Assembly: GCA_040081625.1 (NCBI GenBank)
Contig: JBEBGD010000021.1
Span: 1 to 62,833, forward strand
Direction: 5' to 3'
Origin: Chthoniobacteraceae bacterium
GTDB taxonomy: Bacteria; Verrucomicrobiota; Verrucomicrobiia; Chthoniobacterales; Chthoniobacteraceae
DNA length: 62,833 bases
Shown piece by piece: positions 9,905 to 21,396 of this stretch (the stretch's first letter is position 1; every line of letters begins with the position of its first letter). The notes under the pieces were generated by a model. It did not search any database and was not told the origin of the DNA. It saw only the letters and a program-made list of their open reading frames with translations. Made by a program: the position numbers and the translations under genes.

Positions 9905-10042
9905 CGAGGTCCGGCGCCGGCTGTGGCAGGGGATATGGCGGAGCGTTTACAAATCTCCTGCATGTTTTCCGTTCGGAGACCTTTTGCGCCCGACGGTAAA
10001 ATGGCATCCCAATAGGAGTCTGACCGTTCCCTTTCATACCCC

Positions 10043-11473
10043 ATGAACCACACCCTCGCACTCCTCACGGCGCTGATGCTCGCGGCGCTCTCCGCGGTCG
10101 CAGCACCCAAGCCGAATGTCCTCTTCATCATCTCGGACGACCTGACCGCGACGGCGCTGTCCTGCTACGGAAACACGATCTGCAAGACGCCGAACATCGA
10201 TCGACTCGCGGCGCAAGGGACACGCTTCACGCGCGCGCTCTGCCAGGGGACTTACTGCGGGCCGTCGCGGGCGTCGTTCATGTCGGGCTACTATCCGCAC
10301 GCGACGGGCGTGCTCGGCTACACGAGTCCGCGTCCCGCCATCGGCGACCGCGCGACGTGGGCGCAGCATTTCAAAAACGCGGGCTACCACTCGGCGCGCG
10401 TGAGCAAGATTTACCACATGGGCGTGCCGGGCGGCATCGAGGACGGCGGCGATGGCGCGGACGATCCCGCATCGTGGACGGAGAAGTTCAACAGCCCCGG
10501 CCCGGAATGGAAGGCACCGGGCGCGGGTGAAACGCTGGAAGGCAATCCCGATGGGACGCGTCCGGTCGTGGGCGGGAACACGTTCGTCGTCGTCGAGGCG
10601 GAGGGCGATGACATGGTCCACTCCGATGGGAAGACCGCGGCGAAGGCGGTCGAGTTGATTCAGAAGCACTCGGCCAAGCCGTTCTTCCTCGCTGTCGGTT
10701 TCGTGCGCCCGCATGTGCCCTTCGTCGCGCCGCGCAGCTACTACGAGCCGTTCCTGCCTTACGAGAAGCTGTCGCTGCCGTCGAAGATTCCCGGCGACTG
10801 GGACGACATCCCGAAAGCGGGCATCAACTACAAGACCAGCGTGAACATGAGGATGGACGAGCGCCGGCAGAAGAAGGCAGTCGGCGGCTACTACGCGTCG
10901 GTCGCCTTTCTCGATGCGCAGGTCGGCAAGGTGCTCGACGCGCTCGAGAAATCCGGGCAGGCGGACAACACCATCGTCATCTTCACCAGCGACCACGGGT
11001 ATCATCTCGGCGAACACGACTTCTGGGCGAAGGTGAGCCTGCGCGACGAGTCGGCGATGGTGCCGCTCATCATCAAGGTGCCCGGCAAGAAACCCGCGGT
11101 GTGCAACTCGCTCGTCGAGTTGCTCGACCTTTACCCGACCGTCGCGAGTCTGTGCGGTCTCGAAGTGCCCGCGCGACTTCAGGGGAAGAACATCGCGCCG
11201 ATGTTCGACGACCCGGCGCGTTCGGTGCGCGAGACGGCGTTCAGCGTCGCGCCATCGAGCAAGGGTTTCCTGCTGCGCGAGGACAAGTGGGCTTACATCC
11301 AATACAACGAGGACGCGTCGCGCGGCATCGAACTGTTCGACATGACGAAAGACCCGAAGCAATACACCAACCTCGCCGCGAAGCCTGAGTTCGCGTCGGT
11401 GGTGGACGACTTTAAGACCAAGTTCGCCACGAAGATGAAGGAAGTCCGCGCCAACGATCTCGGGCGGAATTGA
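10043..11473 (+). CDS. Sulfatase, family S1 (iduronate-2-sulfatase/choline-sulfatase-like)
   Basis: [11 protein letters not shown], FGly motif CGPSRAS, KIYH, PHVP and [10 protein letters not shown] motifs; signal peptide. Confidence 0.93.
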   Translation: MNHTLALLTALMLAALSAVAAPKPNVLFIISDDLTATALSCYGNTICKTPNIDRLAAQGTRFTRALCQGTYCGPSRASFMSGYYPHATGVLGYTSPRPAIGDRATWAQHFKNAGYHSARVSKIYHMGVPGGIEDGGDGADDPASWTEKFNSPGPEWKAPGAGETLEGNPDGTRPVVGGNTFVVVEAEGDDMVHSDGKTAAKAVELIQKHSAKPFFLAVGFVRPHVPFVAPRSYYEPFLPYEKLSLPSKIPGDWDDIPKAGINYKTSVNMRMDERRQKKAVGGYYASVAFLDAQVGKVLDALEKSGQADNTIVIFTSDHGYHLGEHDFWAKVSLRDESAMVPLIIKVPGKKPAVCNSLVELLDLYPTVASLCGLEVPARLQGKNIAPMFDDPARSVRETAFSVAPSSKGFLLREDKWAYIQYNEDASRGIELFDMTKDPKQYTNLAAKPEFASVVDDFKTKFATKMKEVRANDLGRN

Positions 11474-11528
11474 TGCATCTTCCGCGCGGTCGTTGACGAA
11501 GCCGGGGCTGCTCGTGCATTGCTGCGCG

Positions 11529-12653
11529 ATGCCAGTCCCACTGCTCGACCTCCGCCGCCAATACGCCCCGCTCAAGGCGCAGTTCCTCGCCGCCATCGAG
11601 GAGGTGTGCGATTCGCAGGCGCTCGTGCTCGGACCGAGGACTGAGGCCTTCGAGAAGGCGGTCGCCGAATACGTGGGTGCGCCGCACGCGATCGGCGTGT
11701 CGAGCGGCACGGATGCGGAGCTGGTGCTGCTCATGGCGCTCGGGATCGGGGCGGGGGATGTGGTGGTCACGACGCCTTACACTTTCTTCGCGACGGCGGG
11801 CTGCGCGGCGCGGCTCGGCGCGCGCGTGGTGTTCGTGGACATCGACCCGACGACTTACAACATCGACGTGGAGCAGCTCGCCGCGGTGCTGGCGAAGACG
11901 CGCGACGTGAAGGCGATCATCCCGGTGCATCTCTACGGGCAGTGTGCGGACATGGCGGCGATCCTCGCGCTCGGGCGTGAACACGGCGTGCCGGTGATCG
12001 AGGACGCGGCGCAGGCGCTCGGCGCTCGGCACGCGCTCGGCGCGGCGGGTGCGATGGGCGAGGCGGGCTTTTACTCGTTTTATCCCACGAAGAATCTCGG
12101 CGCATTCGGCGACGCGGGGATGGTCGTGTGCCGCGACGACGCGCTCGCGGCGAAGTGCCGGGCGCTGCGCAATCACGGCATGGAACCGCGCTACTACCAC
12201 TCGATGATCGGCGGGAACTTCCGCATCGACGCGATGCAGAGCGCGGTGCTGCACGTGAAGCTGCCGCATCTCGACTCGTGGAGCGACGCCCGGCGCGCGC
12301 ACGCGGAAGCCTACCGCGCGGCGTTCACCGGAGATTCGCGCATCACGCTTCCGCGCGAGCAGTGGGCATCGAGTGGCGTGGCGCATCATCACATCTACAA
12401 TCAGTTCATCGTGCGCGTGCCGGAGCGCGACCGCGTGCGCGCGGCGCTCGCGAGGGCCGGCGTCGGCTCGGAGATTTACTACCCGCTGCCGCTGCACATG
12501 CAGGAGTGTTTCCTCCCGCTCGGCTACCGCGAGGGCGACTTCCCCGAGTCCGAGAAGGCCGCGCGCGAGACGCTGGCGCTGCCGATCTTTCCGGAGCTGA
12601 CTACCGATGAGCAGCGCGAGGTTGTCGCACAACTTTACGCTGCCTTGGGTTAG
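11529..12653 (+). CDS. DegT/DnrJ/EryC1/StrS PLP-dependent aminotransferase
   Basis: [38 protein letters not shown] (PLP Lys), GNFRID. Confidence 0.93.
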   Translation: MPVPLLDLRRQYAPLKAQFLAAIEEVCDSQALVLGPRTEAFEKAVAEYVGAPHAIGVSSGTDAELVLLMALGIGAGDVVVTTPYTFFATAGCAARLGARVVFVDIDPTTYNIDVEQLAAVLAKTRDVKAIIPVHLYGQCADMAAILALGREHGVPVIEDAAQALGARHALGAAGAMGEAGFYSFYPTKNLGAFGDAGMVVCRDDALAAKCRALRNHGMEPRYYHSMIGGNFRIDAMQSAVLHVKLPHLDSWSDARRAHAEAYRAAFTGDSRITLPREQWASSGVAHHHIYNQFIVRVPERDRVRAALARAGVGSEIYYPLPLHMQECFLPLGYREGDFPESEKAARETLALPIFPELTTDEQREVVAQLYAALG

Positions 12654-12694
12654 CGGTTGTCGAATGCGCCCGGTTTCGGTTATGAATCCGCATC

Positions 12695-13156
12695 TTGTCA
12701 CCCGCGCCGATTTCCAAGACCACGCTTGCTGAGTTCTACCGCTTCGCCTTGCTGCTCACGGGCAACATCAGGAGCGCGGAGCAGGTCATGGCCGACACGC
12801 TGCGCGATGTGGGCGAGCAACTCGGGGAATTGCGCCATGAGGGCAACCGGCAGGCGTGGCTCGCGGCGCGCATCCGCGAGCGCTGCCTGCGCGAGAATTC
12901 CGGCGGCGGCCAGCCGGCGCCGCGGCTTTTGCGCGACGACGAAGCGGACGGCATCCTGCGCATCGAGGCCTTCATCGTGGCGCAGCACATCTCGACGCTG
13001 CCCGAGCCGGACCGCAGCGCGCTCGCGTTGTTTTACACCGATCTTTTCACCGATGCGGAGATCGCGAAGGTGCTCAAGGTGAGTGTCGATGAACTCGGGC
13101 AGATGCTGTCGCGTGCGCGGCAGCAGCTCGCCGAAGCCATGCAACCGAGCGCATGA
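12695..13156 (+). CDS. ECF-type sigma-70 factor (divergent)
   Basis: Region 2-like FYRFALLLTGNIRSAEQV; region 4 LPEPDRSALALFY..EIAKVLKVS....LSRARQQL. TTG start uncertain. Confidence 0.7.
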   Translation: MSPAPISKTTLAEFYRFALLLTGNIRSAEQVMADTLRDVGEQLGELRHEGNRQAWLAARIRERCLRENSGGGQPAPRLLRDDEADGILRIEAFIVAQHISTLPEPDRSALALFYTDLFTDAEIAKVLKVSVDELGQMLSRARQQLAEAMQPSA

Positions 13157-13911
13157 ACGCGGAAAGCGCACGCCAGCTCATCCCGCTCTATCGCCCCGGC
13201 AAGCAGATGGATCCGCGCGTGATCAAGGCGGTGCGTTTTGCCGAGGCCGACCCGACGCTGCGCGACGAACTCGAGTGGCAGATGGAGTTCGACGATGAAA
13301 TCGTCGAGGTGATCCACTGCATCCGTCCGCCGGAGAATCTGCGGCAGAAGCTCGACGAGTTGAGCGGCGTGGCGGCGGACGCGAACGGGCGCGGGCGTGT
13401 GCGGCTTTTCAATCCAGCGGTGCTCAGCGCGATTTTCGGCGTGCTCCTGTTCGCGGGGTTCCTCGTGTATCTGAAGATGGAGTCGGCGAAGGATTTCCCC
13501 GGCAGGAACTGGGCGGTGAGCCTGCTTCAGATCAATGATCGGATGACGGGCGCGGAGCTCGAGATGACGAAGCTTCCCGCGGGCGATCTCGCCGACAACA
13601 TGATGCTGCGCGGTTTCGATCGCTTCACGCTGCCGGCTGAACTCGCGACGCAGCCGGCGGTGGGCTGGAGCGTCTTCCGCCACAGCGGCAACAAGGTCGC
13701 GCAGGTCGCCATCGACCGGAATTCGCTCATCGTTTTCGTCTTCCGCGCCTCGGACTTCGGCGTGTATCCAGACAAGGCGAAAGGCTGGAAAGTTTTCGAG
13801 CACGAGCGTTGGGTGGCTGCCGCCACCGAGCGCGACGGGCTCTGCACCTTGATCTCCTTCCGCGGCGACACCGCGGCCATGGAGCGCTTTCTCCAATCCA
13901 TCAAACCATGA
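13153..13911 (+). CDS. Putative membrane anti-sigma factor
   Basis: ATGA overlap with the sigma gene; helical N-terminus ending PPENLRQK, single TM helix, extracytoplasmic domain. Confidence 0.6.
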   Translation: MNAESARQLIPLYRPGKQMDPRVIKAVRFAEADPTLRDELEWQMEFDDEIVEVIHCIRPPENLRQKLDELSGVAADANGRGRVRLFNPAVLSAIFGVLLFAGFLVYLKMESAKDFPGRNWAVSLLQINDRMTGAELEMTKLPAGDLADNMMLRGFDRFTLPAELATQPAVGWSVFRHSGNKVAQVAIDRNSLIVFVFRASDFGVYPDKAKGWKVFEHERWVAAATERDGLCTLISFRGDTAAMERFLQSIKP

Positions 13912-14411
13912 ACCGAATCCTCAATCTGATCCTCATCGCCGCGGCGACCGTGCTGCTTCCTGGCTGCGTGACTTACGAGCGCGAGTGGCGCCTGTGGAAT
14001 CCGCCGCCGGCGAAAGAATCGCGCAACTTCTACAGCAAATCCGAGCCGCCGCCGACGCCGCAGAGTTCGTTCGACGGGCGCTGGCTGGGCCGCTGGACGA
14101 GCGACCGCCATCGCAAGCCGTTCTCGAGCGAGATGGAAGGCGGCGAGCTGCGCTGCATCTTCACGCGCATCGACCCGTATCGATATCGCGCGAACTTCCG
14201 CGCGGAATGGATGCTCGGCGCGAGCACCTACCTCACGCAGCTCTACGGCAAGCAGCGTGGCAACACGCTGCACCTGCACGGTCAGGATCAAGTCAGCCGG
14301 ATCTTCGGCGGCATCTACACCTACGACGGCAAGGTGACGCCGAACCACTTCACGCTGCGCTACGACTCGAGCTACGACTCGGGCACGTTCGAGATGCGAA
14401 AACTGCGCTGA
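13908..14411 (+). CDS. Hypothetical lipoprotein
   Basis: MNRILNLILIAAATVLLPGC lipobox; ATGA coupling; beta-rich mature part. Confidence 0.7.
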   Translation: MNRILNLILIAAATVLLPGCVTYEREWRLWNPPPAKESRNFYSKSEPPPTPQSSFDGRWLGRWTSDRHRKPFSSEMEGGELRCIFTRIDPYRYRANFRAEWMLGASTYLTQLYGKQRGNTLHLHGQDQVSRIFGGIYTYDGKVTPNHFTLRYDSSYDSGTFEMRKLR

Positions 14412-14420
14412 CCCGCGCCG

Positions 14421-15092
14421 CTACGCCTCGGGAATTTGCGGTGGATTCTCTGGGGAGAAGAGGATCGCGACGTTTCGATTCTGCGCTTCGAGCAATTCGA
14501 GCTGGCGGGATTTCGCCGGCCAGTAGTCGCTGCAGCCGACGCCTTCGAGCGCTTTGAGCGCTTCTTCGAACCGGCCGAGATGCCGCAGCGCCTCGGCGCG
14601 GAAGAGCAGGAGGTCTTCGTCCCAAGTCTCCTTCGTCAGTTCGAAGATGCGCTCCATGTTCGCGACGGCATCCGCCGAGGTCGCGTGGCCCGCGGCATGA
14701 TCGGGCTCGCGGAAGGCGTCGTTGCCGCGCCACCACGCGAAGACGCGCAGCTCGAGCTCGAGATCCTCGGTCGGCGCGAGGCCTTCGCGCAGCGCTTCGT
14801 AGCAGCCGGCTTCATCGAGCGGTCCGACGTGCGGCGCGTCCTTGTGCTCGCCCGCCGCTTCGCCCGTGTCGCCGAGCGGGATGAAGCCGAGCTGTGTCGC
14901 CGTGGCGACCCAGAAAATCTTGCTGCACTTCTCGCAGCGCGAGATGCGCGGCGTGCGCGGCATCATCGGCGCGTCCATCCATCCATCGGTCCACGTGATC
15001 GCGCCGCGCGTGTCGGAGGAGAGGAGCTGGAAGACGCGCGCCCGCGCGTCGCAATACGGGCAGGCGATGATGATGTCGGCGTCGGGGATCAT
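14421..15092 (-). CDS. Hypothetical Zn-ribbon (CPYC..CEKC) + TPR-like protein
   Basis: Two CxxC pairs, WTDG motif, TPR-like AEALRHLGRFEEAL. Confidence 0.7.
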   Translation of the reverse strand: MIPDADIIIACPYCDARARVFQLLSSDTRGAITWTDGWMDAPMMPRTPRISRCEKCSKIFWVATATQLGFIPLGDTGEAAGEHKDAPHVGPLDEAGCYEALREGLAPTEDLELELRVFAWWRGNDAFREPDHAAGHATSADAVANMERIFELTKETWDEDLLLFRAEALRHLGRFEEALKALEGVGCSDYWPAKSRQLELLEAQNRNVAILFSPENPPQIPEA

Positions 15093-15101
15093 ACCGCCGC
15101 C

Positions 15102-15566
15102 TCAGCGCGAAATGTCTTCCTGGCCGAGGATCGCGAAGCCTTCCTGCTTGAGCACGGCGACGGCGACGTCGTTGTCCTCGACGTGGAGCGCGAGCGCGGC
15201 CTTTCCGCGCGGCCGGGTGAGCAGCGCGTAGCTGCCGAAGATGTTGCACTCGGCGGCGAGCAGCGCGTGGAGCAGGCGGCCCAGTTCGCTCGCGCCTTCC
15301 TTTAGCTCGACGACGACGAGATCGCAGATCGACGCCGGCGTGCCGGTTTCCATGAAGGCTTCCTCGACCGTGTCGGGATCGCTCACGACGATGCGCACGA
15401 TCGCCGTGTCGGCGCTGTCCTGCACGGCGAGCGCGAGCACATCGACGCCGCGTTTGTTGAGCAGCTTCACCACGTCGAGCAGCGCGCCGACTTTGTTCGG
15501 CAGGAAGACGGAAAACTGCGTGACGCGTGGGCCGCCTGACTTTTCGGTGGTCTCGGAACCGGGCAT
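15102..15566 (-). CDS. Tandem ACT-domain protein
   Basis: QFSVFLPNKVGALLDV..DVLAL and second repeat LLAAECNIFGSY. Confidence 0.8.
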   Translation of the reverse strand: MPGSETTEKSGGPRVTQFSVFLPNKVGALLDVVKLLNKRGVDVLALAVQDSADTAIVRIVVSDPDTVEEAFMETGTPASICDLVVVELKEGASELGRLLHALLAAECNIFGSYALLTRPRGKAALALHVEDNDVAVAVLKQEGFAILGQEDISR

Positions 15567-15572
15567 CGCGGG

Positions 15573-16010
15573 CTACTTGTAGGAGCAGACCAGGCAGTAA
15601 GCCGTCGGCTCGCCTTCGATCTGCTCGACCTTCACGTAGTAAGGTCCGCTGGCCACCGGCGAGAAGCCGATCGCCGCCGTCGCGCCTTCCTGAAACGGGT
15701 CCTCGATCTCGATGGCCGCGCCGGTTTCGTCGTAGGCGCTCAGCGTCATCTTCTTCGCGGTCCCGGTGCCGGCGACGGCGAAGTAATACTCGTTGCCCGC
15801 GTAAAGGTTCACCTGCACGAGCTTGGACTCGCCGGGCTTGATCGGCCCCGACCAGTGACCATCGCGCAGCTTGAAGCCGTCATTGCTGAACGCGCCGGCG
15901 AGTTCGAGCACGGTCTTGCGCGCGGCGACTTCGTCGTCGGTGGGCGACGGCGCGACCGCGAAGGCGGCGGCGCACAGGATGGAAGCGAGAGCGATCAGGG
16001 TGCGGTTCAT
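15573..16010 (-). CDS. Hypothetical secreted protein (PPC-like beta-sandwich)
   Basis: Signal peptide; VNLYAGNEYYF..SGPYYVKV pattern. Confidence 0.65.
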   Translation of the reverse strand: MNRTLIALASILCAAAFAVAPSPTDDEVAARKTVLELAGAFSNDGFKLRDGHWSGPIKPGESKLVQVNLYAGNEYYFAVAGTGTAKKMTLSAYDETGAAIEIEDPFQEGATAAIGFSPVASGPYYVKVEQIEGEPTAYCLVCSYK

Positions 16011-16819
16011 TTGAGGTCCTTGCGGGCGAGATCCTTCACGAGTTCGCCGGCGAGCGTGGCGACTTTTTTCACGGCGTCCGCGTCGGGCGTGGTCTCGCGC
16101 GGAAAGCTGACCGTGGCCTTCAGCTCGATGAGCTTGACCCGCGCGCGCTTGACGGCGGGATCGTCGCGCAGCTTCGGCGGCAATTCGTCGAGCCGCGCCG
16201 AGAGGAAATCGATAATGCCCGGCTGACGGATGAGTTTCGCACCCTCGGGCGTGTAGTTTTGCGCGATGAGCGCCGCCACCACTTCGGTGCCGCGCGCCCA
16301 GCCGCCGACGGTCACGAGCGTGATCAAGTCCTTGTCGTCATTCTCGGAAAACTTGACCTTCACTTCGTTCTGCGTGGCCTCGAGTTCCTCGCGCAGCACG
16401 TCCCACTGGGCGTCGTCCGCGAACTCCGTGAGGCTCTTGCCGCGATTGACGATTTCCTCCTTCACACCGAGCGGCTTGGCGAGATCGACGATGTCCCTGC
16501 CGACGTTCTTGACCGCCTGTTTGTCCTCCGACTCGACCGCAATGTAGCCGTCGGCGATGAGCGTGCCGAGGTTAAGTGCCTGCTGCGCGCGGCTGGAAAA
16601 ATTCGTCGGGATCGGCGGGCGTGCCTTCGAGGCCCAGTCCATCTTCCCGGTCTTGTTCAGCGCGGCCATGAACTCGCCCGGTGTCGGCACGGAGAATTCG
16701 TCGGTGAGCGTCGCGGCCTTGATCTGGTCGGGCGTCAATGGCGCGGGCTCGGCCACGGCGAAGCCCGATAAATACAGGGCGCCGAGGCTGGCAGCGAGAT
16801 GTCGATTCAATCGGAGCAT
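16007..16819 (-). CDS. Hypothetical secreted all-helical protein
   Basis: ATG 16819 MLRLNRHLAAS signal peptide; typical codon usage; 4-bp overlap with the next gene. Confidence 0.7.
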   Translation of the reverse strand: MLRLNRHLAASLGALYLSGFAVAEPAPLTPDQIKAATLTDEFSVPTPGEFMAALNKTGKMDWASKARPPIPTNFSSRAQQALNLGTLIADGYIAVESEDKQAVKNVGRDIVDLAKPLGVKEEIVNRGKSLTEFADDAQWDVLREELEATQNEVKVKFSENDDKDLITLVTVGGWARGTEVVAALIAQNYTPEGAKLIRQPGIIDFLSARLDELPPKLRDDPAVKRARVKLIELKATVSFPRETTPDADAVKKVATLAGELVKDLARKDLK

Positions 16820-16877
16820 GGCGTTACTTAGGCGGTGAGCGCGCGTGGTGTCGAGTGCGGAGTGAGTCTGCGGTGGA

Positions 16878-16972
16878 TTCTTCTTACTCGTAATCTTTTT
16901 CTTACGCTTACTCGGTGTCGTATCGTGGCCGACCACGCGAGCAAGAGTAAGAAGATGAGTAAGAATAAGAGA
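16878..16972. repeat. Inverted pair of degenerate hexamer tandem arrays (CTTACT)n / (AGTAAG)n with a central hairpin
   Basis: Left CTTACT CGTAAT CTTTTT CTTACG CTTACT CG; right CG AGCAAG AGTAAG AAGATG AGTAAG AATAAG; centre CGTGG-ccga-CCACG. Confidence 0.75.
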
Positions 16973-16996
16973 TCACTTCGCGCGGACAGTCCGCGC

Positions 16997-17024
16997 TCGA
17001 CAGCGTTCAAGCGCCGCCTACCGT
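16997..17024 (+). promoter_or_regulatory. Putative sigma-70 promoter of purSQL
   Basis: TCGACA-16 bp-TACCGT, ending 13 bp before the purS ATG. Confidence 0.4.
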
Positions 17025-17037
17025 CCGCGCTCCTTTT

Positions 17038-17268
17038 ATGAAAGCCAAAGTCATCGTGATGCCCAAGCAGAGCATTCTCGACCCGCAGGGAGTCGCCGTG
17101 CGCGACGCCGTGCAGCACCACGGCCTGCCGGCCGTCAAAGCCGTGCGCGTCGGCAAAATGATCGAGATGGAACTCGACGGCGCCTTCTCCGAAGACCAGC
17201 TCCACGAAATCTGCCGCGACCTGCTCAGCAATCCGGTGATCGAGGATTACCAACTCATCGTCGAATAG
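17038..17268 (+). CDS. purS: FGAM synthase subunit PurS
   Basis: ILDPQGVAV, VRVGK, LLSNPVIEDY; first gene of purSQL. Confidence 0.95.
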   Translation: MKAKVIVMPKQSILDPQGVAVRDAVQHHGLPAVKAVRVGKMIEMELDGAFSEDQLHEICRDLLSNPVIEDYQLIVE

Positions 17269-17970
17269 ATGAAGGCAGCCGTTCTCCGCTTCCCCGGCTC
17301 GAACTGCGATCAGGACGCGCACCTCGCACTGCGCGAGTCGGGCGTCGATGTCGATTACGTCTGGCACAAGGACACGTCGCTCGGCGGCGCGGACCTCATC
17401 GTGGTGCCGGGCGGTTTCAGCTACGGCGATTATCTTCGCTGCGGCGCGATCGCGCGCTTCTCGCCGATCATGCCCGCGGTGAAGGACGCCGCGAAGGGCG
17501 GCGCGCTCGTCCTCGGCATCTGCAACGGCTTCCAAATTCTCTGCGAAGCCGGCCTGCTACCCGGCGCGCTCATCCGCAATCGCGACCTGCACTTCATCTG
17601 CGAGCACGTCCGCGTCCGCGTGGAAAACTACGAGACTCCTTGGACCAATGCCGCCGTCACCGGCAGTGTGCTGCGCATCCCGATCGCGCACGGCGAAGGC
17701 AGCTACACCGCCGACGACGCGACGCTGCGCGATCTCAATCGCAACCGCCAGATTCTGCTCCGCTACGTCGATGCCCGGGGCGCTGTCTCGCCCGAGGCGA
17801 ACCCGAATGGCTCGCTGGAAAACATCGCCGGCATCTGCAATGCCGCGCGCAACGTCTTCGGTCTCATGCCGCACCCCGAGCGGGCGTGCGACCCGCGCCT
17901 TGGCAGCGCGGACGGACGCATCATTTTCCAAAGCGTGCTCACTCACCTCGGCGTGCGCGCCGCCGCCTGA
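17269..17970 (+). CDS. purQ: FGAM synthase glutaminase subunit PurQ
   Basis: [33 protein letters not shown]. Confidence 0.97.
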   Translation: MKAAVLRFPGSNCDQDAHLALRESGVDVDYVWHKDTSLGGADLIVVPGGFSYGDYLRCGAIARFSPIMPAVKDAAKGGALVLGICNGFQILCEAGLLPGALIRNRDLHFICEHVRVRVENYETPWTNAAVTGSVLRIPIAHGEGSYTADDATLRDLNRNRQILLRYVDARGAVSPEANPNGSLENIAGICNAARNVFGLMPHPERACDPRLGSADGRIIFQSVLTHLGVRAAA

Positions 17971-17973
17971 TTC

Positions 17974-20187
<2,214 letters not shown>

Positions 20188-20236
20188 GGCGTTGAAAAGC
20201 GCTTGCCCCGTGCGCGTGGCCCGGCAGTGTCCGCGC

Positions 20237-20569
20237 GTGAATTCCCGCCGGTTGATCCCTCTCCTCGTCCTCGCGCTCGCCTTCACCGGCTGCGCTTACA
20301 TGAACACGCCGTTCACGCGGCATCGGCTGTATCGTAAGATTCACATCACTGATTTGCAGGGGCATCTGATCGCCGACTGGGTCGCGGAGGGGCCGGTGTG
20401 GAGCTGGGGGACGGGGTATCGGTTTCGCGCGATCGAGCGGCGGGTCGGCGGGCCGATCCAACTCGTGACGCAGTATCCGAATGGGCGCAACGTGAAGGTC
20501 AATGGGCCGAACATCGTGGTGATGCCTTGCGACAAGCCGTTGTGGCTGGTGAAGATCGACGGGTTTTGA
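20237..20569 (+). CDS. Hypothetical lipoprotein
   Basis: GTG start, RRLIPLLVLALAFTGC lipobox. Confidence 0.65.
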   Translation: MNSRRLIPLLVLALAFTGCAYMNTPFTRHRLYRKIHITDLQGHLIADWVAEGPVWSWGTGYRFRAIERRVGGPIQLVTQYPNGRNVKVNGPNIVVMPCDKPLWLVKIDGF

Positions 20570-20629
20570 TGCGCCTGTGCGGCTGCGTCCGTTGACAATC
20601 CCGGCACGCCGCCAGAATAGTCGCGCGAA

Positions 20630-21379
20630 ATGAGCTTCGACCTGAACGACCTTTTGCGTGACTGGCCCCATGAGCCGGGGCAGCTCAAGGTGCGCAAGAT
20701 TTTGGGCGACGATGGGCGGGAGAAGATCCAGCTCCGGATCGATCTCGGCGTGATCCAGATGGAAATGACGGGACGACCCGATGGGGTCGAGCCGCACGAG
20801 TGCGAGTCGCTGCTCGATTACCAGCGCAGCCGCTCGGAGCGGGAGAAGGCAAAGGAGGGAAAGTTCACGCTCACACCGGATGAGGTCGGCGACTTGCAGG
20901 CTGAGGGGATTCAGTTTTACCATCGCTACATCGCGCTCTTTCAGCTCCAGGATTATCGCGGGGTGATCCGCGACACGCAGCGCAACCTGGAGATGTTCGA
21001 CTTCGTGGGTGAGCACGCGCCGAGCGAGGAGATGGCGTGGAGCGTGGAGCAGTTCACGCCTTACGTGCTGATGATGAATACGCGGGCGAAGGCGTCGATG
21101 GCGATCGAGCGCGAGGAATTCGCCGAGGCGGTGGAGCTGATCGAGAAGGGGATCGAGAAGGTCCGGGAGTTCTACGGGACGACGGGCAACCCGGAGCTCG
21201 AGCAGCAGAGCCCGGAGATCCAGTTCCTCACCGAGTGGCTCGACGAGGTGCGGGAGAAGCGCCCGGTGACGAAGCTCGAGCGTATGCAGCGCGAGATGGA
21301 CGAGGCGATCCGCGATGAGGCCTACGAGCGCGCCGCGGAGTTGCGCGATGCGATCACCGCGATGCGAGCGAAACGGTAA
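20630..21379 (+). CDS. UvrB/UvrC-motif-containing conserved protein
   Basis: QLRIDLGVIQME..GRPDG N-terminal motif; C-terminal UVR coil EAYERAAELRDAI. TTGACA at 20592-20597 upstream. Confidence 0.8.
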   Translation: MSFDLNDLLRDWPHEPGQLKVRKILGDDGREKIQLRIDLGVIQMEMTGRPDGVEPHECESLLDYQRSRSEREKAKEGKFTLTPDEVGDLQAEGIQFYHRYIALFQLQDYRGVIRDTQRNLEMFDFVGEHAPSEEMAWSVEQFTPYVLMMNTRAKASMAIEREEFAEAVELIEKGIEKVREFYGTTGNPELEQQSPEIQFLTEWLDEVREKRPVTKLERMQREMDEAIRDEAYERAAELRDAITAMRAKR

Positions 21380-21396
21380 GCCACTCCGCCGACTTG

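Noticed and set aside
16878..16972. Possible CRISPR array
   Set aside because: Units are 6 bp, degenerate and inverted, with no spacers and no cas genes in the window.
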